Of a DNA stretch of 64,000 nt, positions 45,757-54,839 are shown piece by piece. The notes beneath the pieces are model-generated. The model saw only the letters and a program-made list of their open reading frames with translations. It had not been told where the DNA came from and ran no database searches. The DNA is taken from IMG/VR virus record IMGVR_UViG_3300049926_000039, positions 5,804 to 69,803 of that record. The stretch is one strand, 5' to 3'. This DNA comes from a virus. Taxonomy: Duplodnaviria; Caudoviricetes. Both the position numbers and the translations under genes were made by a program. The number at the start of each line of letters is the position of its first letter. Positions within the stretch are counted from its first letter, which is position 1.

Positions 45757-46740
45757 ATGACCGAACCGCTGACCAGGGAACAGGCTGAGAAGGCCGACCA
45801 CATCCTCCGCAATCGCACCCCGAACCTGAACAAGGCGCTCGCCGCGTTCCAGGCCGAAATGCCCGCGCTCGAACGGGACCGACACGTTGACGTAGAGACG
45901 AAAGATCCAAGCAAGGCGTATGGGTACAGCTACGCCACCCTCGCCAACGTGACCGCCGTCGCCATGCCGCTGCTCGGCAAGCACGGGCTCAGCTTCACCG
46001 CGTTCCCAGGTGCCGGGTCCGACGGCAAGGGCATGTCGCTGAAGTACTCACTGCTCCACGAGTCTGGGGAAGAGCGGACGGGGGAGTGGCCATTCTCCGC
46101 CGAGGGCGGGATACAGATCCTCGGCGGGCGTCTTACCTACCTACGTCGCTATTGCCTGCTCGCCGTAACCGGGCTCGCCGCGGCCGAAGACGACGACGCG
46201 GCCGCCGCTCAGGCCGAGGACGAGGCCAACGCCGGGACGGTGCAGCGCCGGCAGCGGCCGCCCGTAAAGGCCACGGCCCGCCCCGCTACCGCCACCACCC
46301 GGGCGCCCGCCCTGGGCGCTGCGGAGGGCGAGACCGTACAGCGTCAGCGCCCGGCCAGTCCGCCGCTCCCGGGCGAAGAGGCCGACACTCCCACCGTGCC
46401 GATGCAGCGCAAGCTCGCTATTCAGTTCGGCCAGCTCGAAGTGACCGATCGGGACGAACGGCTGGCCCTGATGACCGACATGATCGGACGACCGATCACC
46501 TCGATCAAGGATCTGACCAAGAGCGAGGCGCACGCCGCGATCGACGCCATCGACAAGGCGCTGAAGACCGACAACCCGCTCACGTCGATGCTGGAGATCT
46601 ACCAGCGCACCTCGGCCGAACCTGCCGCAGCCGAGGGCCGTCCCGCCGGCCAGCGGTCGCGCAACGCCCGCGAGGCGGTCACCAACGGCGGAGACGAGGG
46701 CGCGGAAGAGGCGCCGTGGGAAGGACAGATGCCGGTATGA
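45757..46740 (+). CDS. ERF-family single-strand annealing protein
   Basis: YSYATLANV...LLGKHGLSF...TYLRRYCLLAVTGLAAAEDDDA. Confidence 0.85.
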   Translation: MTEPLTREQAEKADHILRNRTPNLNKALAAFQAEMPALERDRHVDVETKDPSKAYGYSYATLANVTAVAMPLLGKHGLSFTAFPGAGSDGKGMSLKYSLLHESGEERTGEWPFSAEGGIQILGGRLTYLRRYCLLAVTGLAAAEDDDAAAAQAEDEANAGTVQRRQRPPVKATARPATATTRAPALGAAEGETVQRQRPASPPLPGEEADTPTVPMQRKLAIQFGQLEVTDRDERLALMTDMIGRPITSIKDLTKSEAHAAIDAIDKALKTDNPLTSMLEIYQRTSAEPAAAEGRPAGQRSRNAREAVTNGGDEGAEEAPWEGQMPV

Positions 46741-47102
46741 ACGACTTCCGCGTCCTAGTAACGGGCGCGCGTGTCGTCTCGCCGCGGGTCGTGGTCGTCG
46801 TTCAAGGAGAATGCCCGTACGGCGGCGTTGACCTCGTGGCGAAGAAGTGGGCCGAAGGTTCGCCGGGGGTGGCATCGGAAGGTCACCCAGCCGAATGGGA
46901 TCGACTGGGCAGGAGGGCCGGTCCGGTCCGTAACGCGCACATGGTCAGCCTCGGCGCCGATGTGTGCCTAGCCTTCCCGGCCAAGGGCTCGCGCGGCACG
47001 TGGGACTGCCTTCAGCGGGCCGTGGACGCCGGGATTCCGTCGCACCTGTATCCGCTGCACATCCGAGAGGACGACGAGCGGGAAGGGGAGATGCCGATAT
47101 GA
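46737..47102 (+). CDS. SLOG-family (DUF2493-like) protein
   Basis: RVLVTG...VQGECPYGGVD...AEWDRLGRRAGPVRNAHM...CLAFP...SRGT. Confidence 0.8.
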   Translation: MNDFRVLVTGARVVSPRVVVVVQGECPYGGVDLVAKKWAEGSPGVASEGHPAEWDRLGRRAGPVRNAHMVSLGADVCLAFPAKGSRGTWDCLQRAVDAGIPSHLYPLHIREDDEREGEMPI

Positions 47103-47284
47103 CCGCGACCTCCATCATCGCGGGAGTAGCCATCCTGCTCGCCGTGTTCGCCGTCGTGTTCATCGGCATGGCCCGAACGGCGGGCATCAAGGAAGCCCTC
47201 GTTTCTTGGGCGTACGCGCTGGGGTTCACGGGCGCCATTCTCGCGGGAGCCTTTCTGATCTCCGCAGGGATGGGGAAGCTATGA
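47099..47284 (+). CDS. small membrane protein
   Basis: two TM helices. Confidence 0.55.
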   Translation: MTATSIIAGVAILLAVFAVVFIGMARTAGIKEALVSWAYALGFTGAILAGAFLISAGMGKL

Positions 47285-47634
47285 CCACCACGCCCGAGGG
47301 CTTCACCGTCGAGCGCTGCCGGACCGAGACGTGCAAGGCGCCGATCATCTGGGCGCGCACCACAAACGCCAAGACCGGAAAGTCCGGGACCATGCCGGTC
47401 GACGCCGAACCGGTCGCCGGCGGCAACGTCCGCCTATACAGCCGTCAGGGCATCGTGTGGGCCGAAGTGGTGCCCAGCCAGGTGACCCCGGCGGACTTGT
47501 TCGTATCCAGCGGCAGCGACGCCTACCCGCCGTTTCCCATGCCGGAGGAGACACTTCCGGCGCCGACCGAACCCCTGCGCACGTCGCACTTTGTTACGTG
47601 CCAGCGAGCGGCCGATTGGCGGAAGCCGAGGTGA
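47281..47634 (+). CDS. hypothetical zinc-binding protein
   Basis: CRTETCKAPIIW...MPVD...SHFVTC. Confidence 0.7.
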   Translation: MTTTPEGFTVERCRTETCKAPIIWARTTNAKTGKSGTMPVDAEPVAGGNVRLYSRQGIVWAEVVPSQVTPADLFVSSGSDAYPPFPMPEETLPAPTEPLRTSHFVTCQRAADWRKPR

Positions 47635-47725
47635 CCAGCGCGGCATGGGAATGGATCTCAGTGGGGGTATCTGGTCTCGCTGGCATCGCCATCGGGATGT
47701 TCATCGCTTGCACGGGCCGACGGCG

Positions 47726-48376
47726 ATGAACGTCATCGGGCTCGACCTCTCGCTGACCGCCCCCGGGCTGTCCGTCCCCGACCGGACCGAGACGCTGTAC
47801 ACCGACGCCAAGCGCGGGGACAAGCGGCTCTGCGACATCCGAGACTGGCTTACCCACTACGCCCACACCCGCGCGCCCGTCCTGGCGATGATCGAGGCCG
47901 TGCCGCCGTACCAGTCAGGGTCGGCGATTCTCGATCTCGTGCACGGCGTAACCCGGGAAGTATTGGCCCGGTACGACATCCCGTTCGCCTACGTCAGCCC
48001 TTCCTCTCTTAAGCAATTCGCCACGGGTGACGGATGGGCCGACAAGACGGCAGTGATGGACGCCGTGGAGGAGATGTCCGGCACGCGGCCGGCGGACGAC
48101 AACGCCGCAGACGCGTGGGTCCTGCGCCGGATGGGCGAGTGCCTGTGGGCTGACCCGTTCTTCCATCGCGGGCATCACCTGCAATCGCTCAGCTCGATCG
48201 CATGGCCGCTGAAGCCCGGCGACCCGAAATGGCCGCAGCCCTACGGAAAGCTCACGCGCAAGCCCGTGACTAAGAAGTGTCGACACGGGGTCGTCTGCCT
48301 ACGCAACGGCTACGAGTGGCTCCACCCGTTCGACGTCGCGCCCTGCGACAAGCCGCCCAAAGGGAAGGCATCGTGA
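47726..48376 (+). CDS. ruvC: RuvC-like Holliday junction resolvase
   Basis: VIGLDLSLTAPG, IEA, PSSLKQFATGDGWADK, DDNAADA. Confidence 0.85.
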   Translation: MNVIGLDLSLTAPGLSVPDRTETLYTDAKRGDKRLCDIRDWLTHYAHTRAPVLAMIEAVPPYQSGSAILDLVHGVTREVLARYDIPFAYVSPSSLKQFATGDGWADKTAVMDAVEEMSGTRPADDNAADAWVLRRMGECLWADPFFHRGHHLQSLSSIAWPLKPGDPKWPQPYGKLTRKPVTKKCRHGVVCLRNGYEWLHPFDVAPCDKPPKGKAS

Positions 48377-48570
48377 TTCTTTGCCACAGCCAAACGAACG
48401 GCGATGGGTCGCCGAAAGCGTCCTACCGGGATAAGGCAAGTGCGGGACGGGCTGCATCCCGGCTAATCCGATACGGCCACGCTGCACTTGCCAGGACGTA
48501 CGAATGTCCGCCAGGTGGGTGTGGAGGATGGCACGTCACGACCCGCCCACCGAAGGAGGACCCCCGATGA
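48373..48570 (+). CDS. small zinc-binding hypothetical protein
   Basis: C...YECPPGGCGGWHVT. Confidence 0.55.
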   Translation: MILCHSQTNGDGSPKASYRDKASAGRAASRLIRYGHAALARTYECPPGGCGGWHVTTRPPKEDPR

Positions 48571-49004
48571 CCGGGGAGTACCAGGAGCTCACCGCCGCCG
48601 ACTTGGCGTACCGATGGCGCGAACGGACCGTGCTCGAATCCCTCGATGAATCGCTCGCCGAGGCGCGGGCCACCAGCGAGGAGTACGCAACACCCGACTC
48701 GGCCCTGCGTTGGCTACTGAGGCTCGCATGGAGCGACCTGCAGATGGCACGCCACGACGCCCGCAACGGGAAATGGTCGATCGCCTGTGATCACCAGGTC
48801 AGCCGAATCGCCGGGCTGACCCGACTGGTTGGCCCCGTGTCGTGGGAGGTCGTCCCGGTCGACCTGATCCTCGACGGCATCTACGAACGCATCCACGAAG
48901 CCATCGGGACGCCGACGCCACTGTCCGACGACGATCGGCAGCAAGCCCGCGAAGTGATGGAGGCACGGTATGTACATCACACGCCAGGACAGGAGAAGAA
49001 ATGA
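48567..49004 (+). CDS. hypothetical protein
   Basis: 145 aa, RBS AAGGAGG. Confidence 0.6.
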   Translation: MTGEYQELTAADLAYRWRERTVLESLDESLAEARATSEEYATPDSALRWLLRLAWSDLQMARHDARNGKWSIACDHQVSRIAGLTRLVGPVSWEVVPVDLILDGIYERIHEAIGTPTPLSDDDRQQAREVMEARYVHHTPGQEKK

Positions 49005-49246
49005 ACAACAACCAGGCGCTCAGCATTGAGTACACACCCACTTCCCATCCCGTAGAACCCGGCCCAGAGACCTCTGTGCAGGTCACGATCACCGTCAGCA
49101 TCGCCGGCGAGACCAAGGAATTCGACGCCGATGCCGTCATCACCAGTGACGCGTTTTTCGTCGCGGGTGGACTGCTGTCGGGACTGACAGATGATGCCTG
49201 GCGGTGGATGGTCCGCGAGGGCCGCGCGCGCCGCGAACCCCAATAG
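49001..49246 (+). CDS. hypothetical protein
   Basis: 81 aa, ATGA coupling. Confidence 0.55.
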   Translation: MNNNQALSIEYTPTSHPVEPGPETSVQVTITVSIAGETKEFDADAVITSDAFFVAGGLLSGLTDDAWRWMVREGRARREPQ

Positions 49247-49333
49247 TCCCCCGGCCGGGCTACGCGCCTCACTGGACCGTGGCCCGACCGGGCCGTTCCG
49301 CATCCGCGTTCGAGAACGGAGAGAACAGACCCG

Positions 49334-49923
49334 ATGACCAAGATCCCACTACCGACCAGCAGTGAACGTGCCCTCGCCCAGGCCGAAGCCGCCGCAGACC
49401 GACGAGTAGCCGTCCCGCAGGAGTACTACACGGCCGAGCAGATCGGCGAGGGCGTCTGGGTGGCGCTGGCCGCCTGCCGCGACGAGGACCCCGAACTCTT
49501 CCACCCCATCGACGGCTCGCCCGTCGCCGTGGCCCTCGCCCAGACCATCTGCGCCGGATGCCCCCGTCACCCGAGCCTGCCGCGCCTACCGCTACGCCCA
49601 TCGGCGCGTCCGGGGTGTGGGGCGGCGTCTACTACGCGACCCACTCCGCCGGCGTCCGCAACGCCCGCATGAAGTGCGCCCTCATGAAGTGCCTGAACGG
49701 GGTACGCCGCACCAACCCGTATTGCTCGTTCGCCTGCGAGCACAAAGCCAAGGCCGGAACCGACGCCGGGTACCGGATGCACCTGGACGAGATCAGCCGC
49801 CTGCGCAAGGCGGGACAGGACGTACCCGACGCTGTGAAGATCTGTCCGCCGTGCGCCGCGGCGAAGGAAGCCCGCTCCCGGCAACGCATGCCCAACCGGC
49901 CAGACCTGCGGGTCGACGCCTAA
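49334..49923 (+). pseudogene. whiB: WhiB-family regulator interrupted by two apparent 1-bp C insertions
   Basis: AACRDEDPELFHP...ICAGC in one frame, GVWGG in another; removing one C near 49561-49565 and one near 49589-49590 restores CAGCPVTRACRAYATPIGASGVWGG. Confidence 0.75.
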
Positions 49924-49940
49924 ACCCTGGAAGGATCCAC

Positions 49941-50753
49941 ATGGAGTACAAGGTCCGGCTCACCGCAGCGCTGCCGAAAGGCCCCGCCAACGGATGGGAC
50001 GACGTCCAGATTGCCGAGGCGCTCGCCCGCGCCCGGGTCGAACAGCGCACCGAACTGCCCCGCGTCGCCATCATCGTGTACGGCGTCCGCAACGCCGAGA
50101 TCAGTAAGGATCACGTCACCACCGCCGTGCTCGAGATCCTGCGCGTGCAGCCCGTGATCTCGGAGCAGGGACGCCGGGCAGTAGAGGTCATGCTGGCCGA
50201 CGAGTACGCCGAACAGACCGGCGAGATGATGCTGCCGTTCGATCTGGCGAGCCTGTCCAAGTCCGCCTTCGCAGACCTCCCCCGCACGGCCTCCGAGATC
50301 GACCAGACGGAGGAGGACGAACGGGACGGCATGTCGCCCACCGACGAACTACGGCGCCACCTCGAGCGGGTGCACGGACGCGACGACGCGGCGAGCCTGA
50401 CCGCACTGGAGGCGGAGCACCGACACGAGGCCGACCACGACGGGGACCTCCCGGACGTACTCGCCCACGACCGGGAGTGGATGGGGTGGACCCGCGCCGA
50501 CATCGAGGCGGCCACGGCGGAGACGGATGGGGAAGAGCCGGACGACGACGCCGGACACGGTGACCTGCCGATGAACACCGAGGGCCGGATCGTGGCCGCG
50601 TTGGAGTCCGACGACGACGGCACGCCGACCAATGACGAGATCGAGGGCCCAGACCCCGACTACGGCAAAGATCTGGACGACGAGGACGCGTGGCAGACGG
50701 CGAATCCCTCGCTAGGTTCCGGGCCGTCGCTGTTCTCGGGTACCGACCAGTGA
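49941..50753 (+). CDS. hypothetical protein, acidic C-terminus
   Basis: 270 aa, RBS GGAAGGA. Confidence 0.65.
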   Translation: MEYKVRLTAALPKGPANGWDDVQIAEALARARVEQRTELPRVAIIVYGVRNAEISKDHVTTAVLEILRVQPVISEQGRRAVEVMLADEYAEQTGEMMLPFDLASLSKSAFADLPRTASEIDQTEEDERDGMSPTDELRRHLERVHGRDDAASLTALEAEHRHEADHDGDLPDVLAHDREWMGWTRADIEAATAETDGEEPDDDAGHGDLPMNTEGRIVAALESDDDGTPTNDEIEGPDPDYGKDLDDEDAWQTANPSLGSGPSLFSGTDQ

Positions 50754-51226
50754 GGTACTACTTCGCCGGCCGGTATTCGCGGCACGCCGAGCTCGCCGGA
50801 TACCGCGACCAGCTCGAACTGATCCCGGGAGCCGAGGTCACCTCACGGTGGATCGACTGCCACGACGGCGAGCTCGAAGCCAGCTACACGCCCGAGGTGC
50901 TGAACGCCGACCCCGAGGCGTGCTGGCGGCACGGGCAAGCCGACATGGAAGACCTGGATGCCGCCGACGCCATCGTCTCGTTCACGGGGGACGGCGGAGG
51001 CGGCAAGGGTGGACGGCACATCGAGCACGGATGGGCCATCGGTCAATGGATGGCGATGGAGCACTCCGCATTCCGGCTGATCATCGTCGGACCTCGGGAG
51101 AACATCTTTCACTGCCACCCGGCCACCGAGGTCTACCCGGACTTTCAAGCGTTCCTCGCGCACGAACTGATGACGCTCGGGGAGCGAATGGCACGGGAGC
51201 TGCACCCCGGGATTCTGGACGGGTGA
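50750..51226 (+). CDS. nucleoside 2-deoxyribosyltransferase-like protein
   Basis: YFAGRYS...DMEDLDAADAIV...GGRHIEHGWA. Confidence 0.7.
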   Translation: MRYYFAGRYSRHAELAGYRDQLELIPGAEVTSRWIDCHDGELEASYTPEVLNADPEACWRHGQADMEDLDAADAIVSFTGDGGGGKGGRHIEHGWAIGQWMAMEHSAFRLIIVGPRENIFHCHPATEVYPDFQAFLAHELMTLGERMARELHPGILDG

Positions 51227-51233
51227 CCATGCT

Positions 51234-51275
51234 TGACACCCTTGACACTTAACCGAATCCGGTTAGTGTTGAGGC
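51234..51275 (+). promoter_or_regulatory. repeated early promoter with operator (copy 4), leaderless
   Basis: TTGACA-N16-TAGTGT-N6-ATG, operator TTAACCGAATCCGGTTAG. Confidence 0.8.
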
Positions 51276-51482
51276 ATGACACAGACGAACTCCGAGACGC
51301 TGGTCGGACGCACCACTCGCTCCGTGCTCTTCCGCGACAACACCAGCGGCGAGAGCCGGCGCTACCCGACCGGGACGACGGTCTACGTCGCCGAGCGGCG
51401 CGACGGGTGCGGGTTCAACATCCGCATCCCTCGCACGCTGCTTACCCAGCACGTCTACCCGAGCGACGTCGAACCGTACTGA
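51276..51482 (+). CDS. hypothetical protein
   Basis: 68 aa, leaderless start. Confidence 0.6.
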   Translation: MTQTNSETLVGRTTRSVLFRDNTSGESRRYPTGTTVYVAERRDGCGFNIRIPRTLLTQHVYPSDVEPY

Positions 51483-51643
51483 TCCCGAAGGGGGCACGCG
51501 ATGTTAGAGGCAATCTGCCGTAAATGCGGCCAGACGTTCAACCCCGCCGACGATGACGACACGATCCACCTCGTAAGGGTCGGCGACGACACGCACGGGG
51601 ACGAGGAGTGTGGCGGCGAAGGCGAGGTCACGGGGGAGTGGTG

Positions 51644-51913
51644 GTGAACGCGTTCGAGATCACGACCGAACTGCTGGCCGAGCGCAAGCGGCAGGACGGG
51701 AAGTGGAACCGCCCGCACGAGTGGGGCCACGGCGACTGTTCCAGCCCCGACGTGGCCATGCTGGTCAAGGCTGCCGTACTGGCCGAGGAGGCGGGCGAGG
51801 TAGTCAAGGCCGTGCTCGACGCCGGACCCGACGAGGCCGCCACTGACCCCGACGTACGGCGCGAGGTCATCCAGACCCTCGCCGTCGCCTACGCCATCCT
51901 GGAGGGCATGTGA
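51644..51913 (+). CDS. MazG-like nucleotide pyrophosphohydrolase
   Basis: LAEEAGEVVKA...RREVIQTLAV. Confidence 0.75.
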   Translation: MNAFEITTELLAERKRQDGKWNRPHEWGHGDCSSPDVAMLVKAAVLAEEAGEVVKAVLDAGPDEAATDPDVRREVIQTLAVAYAILEGM

Positions 51914-53211
51914 GCTACGCCGACTTCCTCGCCACGAAGCATCGGCGCCACGGCGAGCACGGGCGGGCATGCGAGGCGTCCGACGTCAACCCATCGCTGC
52001 ATCCATGGCAGCGGGAGGGTGTCGCGTGGGCCGTCCGCAAGGGGCGCGCCGCGCTTTGGTGGTCGACTGGACTCGGCAAGTCGCGGGCGCAGATCGAATG
52101 GTGCCGACTGTCCGGCGAGCGATCGCTGATCGTCGCACCGCTCGCGGTGTGTCAGCAGACGGTACGGGAGGGGGCGGCCATCGGAGTTCCGGTCACCTAC
52201 GTCCGCGACGACGCCGCCGCCGCAGGTCCGGGAATCTGGATCACGAATTACGAGATGGTCGAGCGGTTCGATCCGACACTGCTGGATGCGGTGGTAGTCG
52301 ATGAATCTTCCATCCTCAAACAGAGCACCGGCAAGACCCGGACCATGCTCATCCGGCACTTCGCGGCGACCCCCCTCCGGCTGTCGTGTACGGCCACGCC
52401 GGCGCCCAACGATCCCGAGGAACTGACCAACCAGGCCGCGTTTCTGGGCATGATGTCGCGCGCTGAGATGTTGTCGGCGTACTACATCAATGATCAGAAG
52501 ACGAACGGCTATCGACTGAAGGGCCACGCCCGACTCCCGCTCTACCGGTGGCTGGCTACCTGGGCCATGGCAATCAGGGTGCCGTCAGATATCGGCGGAG
52601 ACGACACCGGATACATCCTGCCCGCGCTGCACATCATCCCGGAAATCGTCCATGTCGACATGGCCGCACCGGACGGCCAGCTCTTCCGCGCGGACATCGG
52701 CGGTGTCAGCGGCCGAGCGGAGGTGCGGCGCGAGACGCTGGAGGCGCGAGCAACCCGCGCGGTCGAGATAGTCAAGGCCGAGCCGGACGAGCCGTGGATC
52801 CTATGGACCCAGCTAAACGACGAGGCCGCAGCGTTGGCCAAGGCGCTACCGGGAGCGGTCAATGTGATGGGCGCATGGACTCCCGAAGAGAAGGCTGCGG
52901 CGTACCTCGGATTTGCTGACGGTTCAATCCGATACCTGATCACTAAGGGTTCTATGTCGGCCCTCGGTCTCAATTGGCAGCACTGTGCACGGCAGGCGTT
53001 CGTCGGGATGAACGACTCGTGGGAGCTCTGGTTCCAGGCGATCCGGCGCTCGTGGCGGTTCGGCCAGACGCGCGAGGTGCACGTGCACGCCGTACTATCT
53101 CAGCTCGAATCGCAGATCGCGGCGAACGTAGAGCGCAAAGGCCGGCAGGCCGACCGGCTGATCGACGGACTAGTGCTGGCCATGCGCGAGCAGTGGGTCA
53201 GTGAACGATGA
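51910..53211 (+). CDS. SF2 (SNF2-like) helicase
   Basis: LHPWQ, TGLGKS, VVDESS, SCTATP, GLNWQ, QAIRRSWRFGQ. Confidence 0.88.
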   Translation: MSYADFLATKHRRHGEHGRACEASDVNPSLHPWQREGVAWAVRKGRAALWWSTGLGKSRAQIEWCRLSGERSLIVAPLAVCQQTVREGAAIGVPVTYVRDDAAAAGPGIWITNYEMVERFDPTLLDAVVVDESSILKQSTGKTRTMLIRHFAATPLRLSCTATPAPNDPEELTNQAAFLGMMSRAEMLSAYYINDQKTNGYRLKGHARLPLYRWLATWAMAIRVPSDIGGDDTGYILPALHIIPEIVHVDMAAPDGQLFRADIGGVSGRAEVRRETLEARATRAVEIVKAEPDEPWILWTQLNDEAAALAKALPGAVNVMGAWTPEEKAAAYLGFADGSIRYLITKGSMSALGLNWQHCARQAFVGMNDSWELWFQAIRRSWRFGQTREVHVHAVLSQLESQIAANVERKGRQADRLIDGLVLAMREQWVSER

Positions 53212-53915
53212 TCCAGGTAGGGCCTAGCCTGGCCGAGTGGCAGACCGAAAACGGGGACGACCCTAGCCATTACATCTACGGTCTGCACGATCCTCGCACT
53301 CTCGCCCTGCGCTACATCGGCAAGTCGGACAATCCCGCGCAGCGACTCGCGCGGCAGATGAATGAGCGCGCCGAGACTCACCGCTGTCACTGGATCGGCG
53401 AACTCCGCTCGCTGGGGTTACGCCCGATTCAGGTCATCATCGACTCGACGCCGCCCGGGTCCGACTGGCAGTCCGTGGAGCAGGCGTACATCGCCGCTGC
53501 TCGCGCTGCGGGTGACCCGCTGACCAACGGGACGGATGGGGGGGGCGGAGTAGTCGGGCTGAGCGCCGAGTCTCGGGAGCGCATGCGGCGCGCGTGGACC
53601 GGGCGCAAACACACCCCCGAAGAGCTTGCCAAGATGTCCGCAGCAAGCTTGGGCCGGAAGCACACCGAGTCCTGGCGCCTGATGATGAGCAGGCGCATGA
53701 GTGGACGCGAGTTCAGCGCTGAACATCGGGCGCGACTCCGCCGTGGCGTCCAGAAGCTAGCAGGTGACCAGGTCCGCGAAATCCGGGCCCTGCTCGCCCG
53801 GAACGTCTCGCAGTGCACGATCGCGGCGCAGTACGGCGTTCACCAGGGGACCATCAGCAACATCGCGCGAGGGATCACCTACCGCGACATCGGCACGGAG
53901 GGAGTCAATCGATGA
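53208..53915 (+). CDS. GIY-YIG homing endonuclease with NUMOD3-like repeats and HTH
   Basis: YIYGL...YIGKS...R...E...LTN; GRKHTPEELAKMS/GRKHTESW repeats; C-terminal IAAQYGVHQGTISNI. Confidence 0.85.
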   Translation: MIQVGPSLAEWQTENGDDPSHYIYGLHDPRTLALRYIGKSDNPAQRLARQMNERAETHRCHWIGELRSLGLRPIQVIIDSTPPGSDWQSVEQAYIAAARAAGDPLTNGTDGGGGVVGLSAESRERMRRAWTGRKHTPEELAKMSAASLGRKHTESWRLMMSRRMSGREFSAEHRARLRRGVQKLAGDQVREIRALLARNVSQCTIAAQYGVHQGTISNIARGITYRDIGTEGVNR

Positions 53916-54823
53916 ACATCGACGACGAGTTCTACGACACCGACGAGGCCGCCGGCTCGGCGTTCCGCATGATCCTCGGCGATAGCTGCGAGGAACTGCC
54001 CAAGCTCGAATCGGACAGCGTAGACCTTTCGGTCCATTCCCCGCCGTTCGACTCACTCTACACATACAGCCCGACCATCCGCGACATGGGGAACTCTCCC
54101 GACCGGGAGACCTTCCACAAGCACTACGGATTCGTCGTGCGCGAACTCCTGCGACTGACCAGGCCGGGCAGGATGGCGTGCGTGCATGTGATGGACCTGC
54201 CGACCACCAAGGCGACGCACGGCGTCGTCGGGCTGACGGACTTCTCCGCCGAGGTCGTCCGCGACTACCAGGATGCGGGGTGGATATTCGTCAACCGCAT
54301 CACGATCCGCAAGAACCCGCAGGCCGCCGCGACCCGCACCAAGTCCCACGGGCTCGCGTTTGCTCAGCTTCGCCGCGACCGTTCACAAACCAGGCCCGTC
54401 TACCCCGACTACCTACTGCTGTTCCGCAAGCCGGGGCAGAATACAGTGCCGATCATCTCGCCGCTCAGCGACTCCGGCGACCAGCGGATCGACAATGATC
54501 TCTGGATCAAGTGGGCCGAGGCGATCTGGGACGACATCCGCGAGACCAACACGCTGAACGTCGCGGTAGCTCGAGATGACGCGGACGAGCGGCACCTGTG
54601 CCCTCTGTCCCTCGACCTGATCGAGCGGTGCGTGCGGTTGTGGAGCAACCCCGGCGAACACGTGCTGTCGCCGTGCGCCGGCATTGGCAGCGAGGGGCAC
54701 TCGTCACTCAAGCTCGGTCGCCGGTTCACCGGCGTCGAACTGAAGCGCTCGTACTGGCAGACCGCCGTCAACAACCTGCGTCAGGTCGAAGCCGAGGCCA
54801 ACGCGCTGACACTGTTCGCCTGA
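53912..54823 (+). CDS. DNA methyltransferase (N4-C/N6-A, beta class)
   Basis: SVDLSVHSPPF motif IV precedes VLSPCAGIGSEG motif I. Confidence 0.88.
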   Translation: MNIDDEFYDTDEAAGSAFRMILGDSCEELPKLESDSVDLSVHSPPFDSLYTYSPTIRDMGNSPDRETFHKHYGFVVRELLRLTRPGRMACVHVMDLPTTKATHGVVGLTDFSAEVVRDYQDAGWIFVNRITIRKNPQAAATRTKSHGLAFAQLRRDRSQTRPVYPDYLLLFRKPGQNTVPIISPLSDSGDQRIDNDLWIKWAEAIWDDIRETNTLNVAVARDDADERHLCPLSLDLIERCVRLWSNPGEHVLSPCAGIGSEGHSSLKLGRRFTGVELKRSYWQTAVNNLRQVEAEANALTLFA

Positions 54824-54839
54824 GAGAGGACCGCTCGCC

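Noticed and set aside
50848-51252. ORFs ending in LDTLDT (also 51233-51523) as a conserved peptide motif
   Set aside because: An artefact of reading through the repeated promoter sequence CTTGACACCCTTGACACTTAA.
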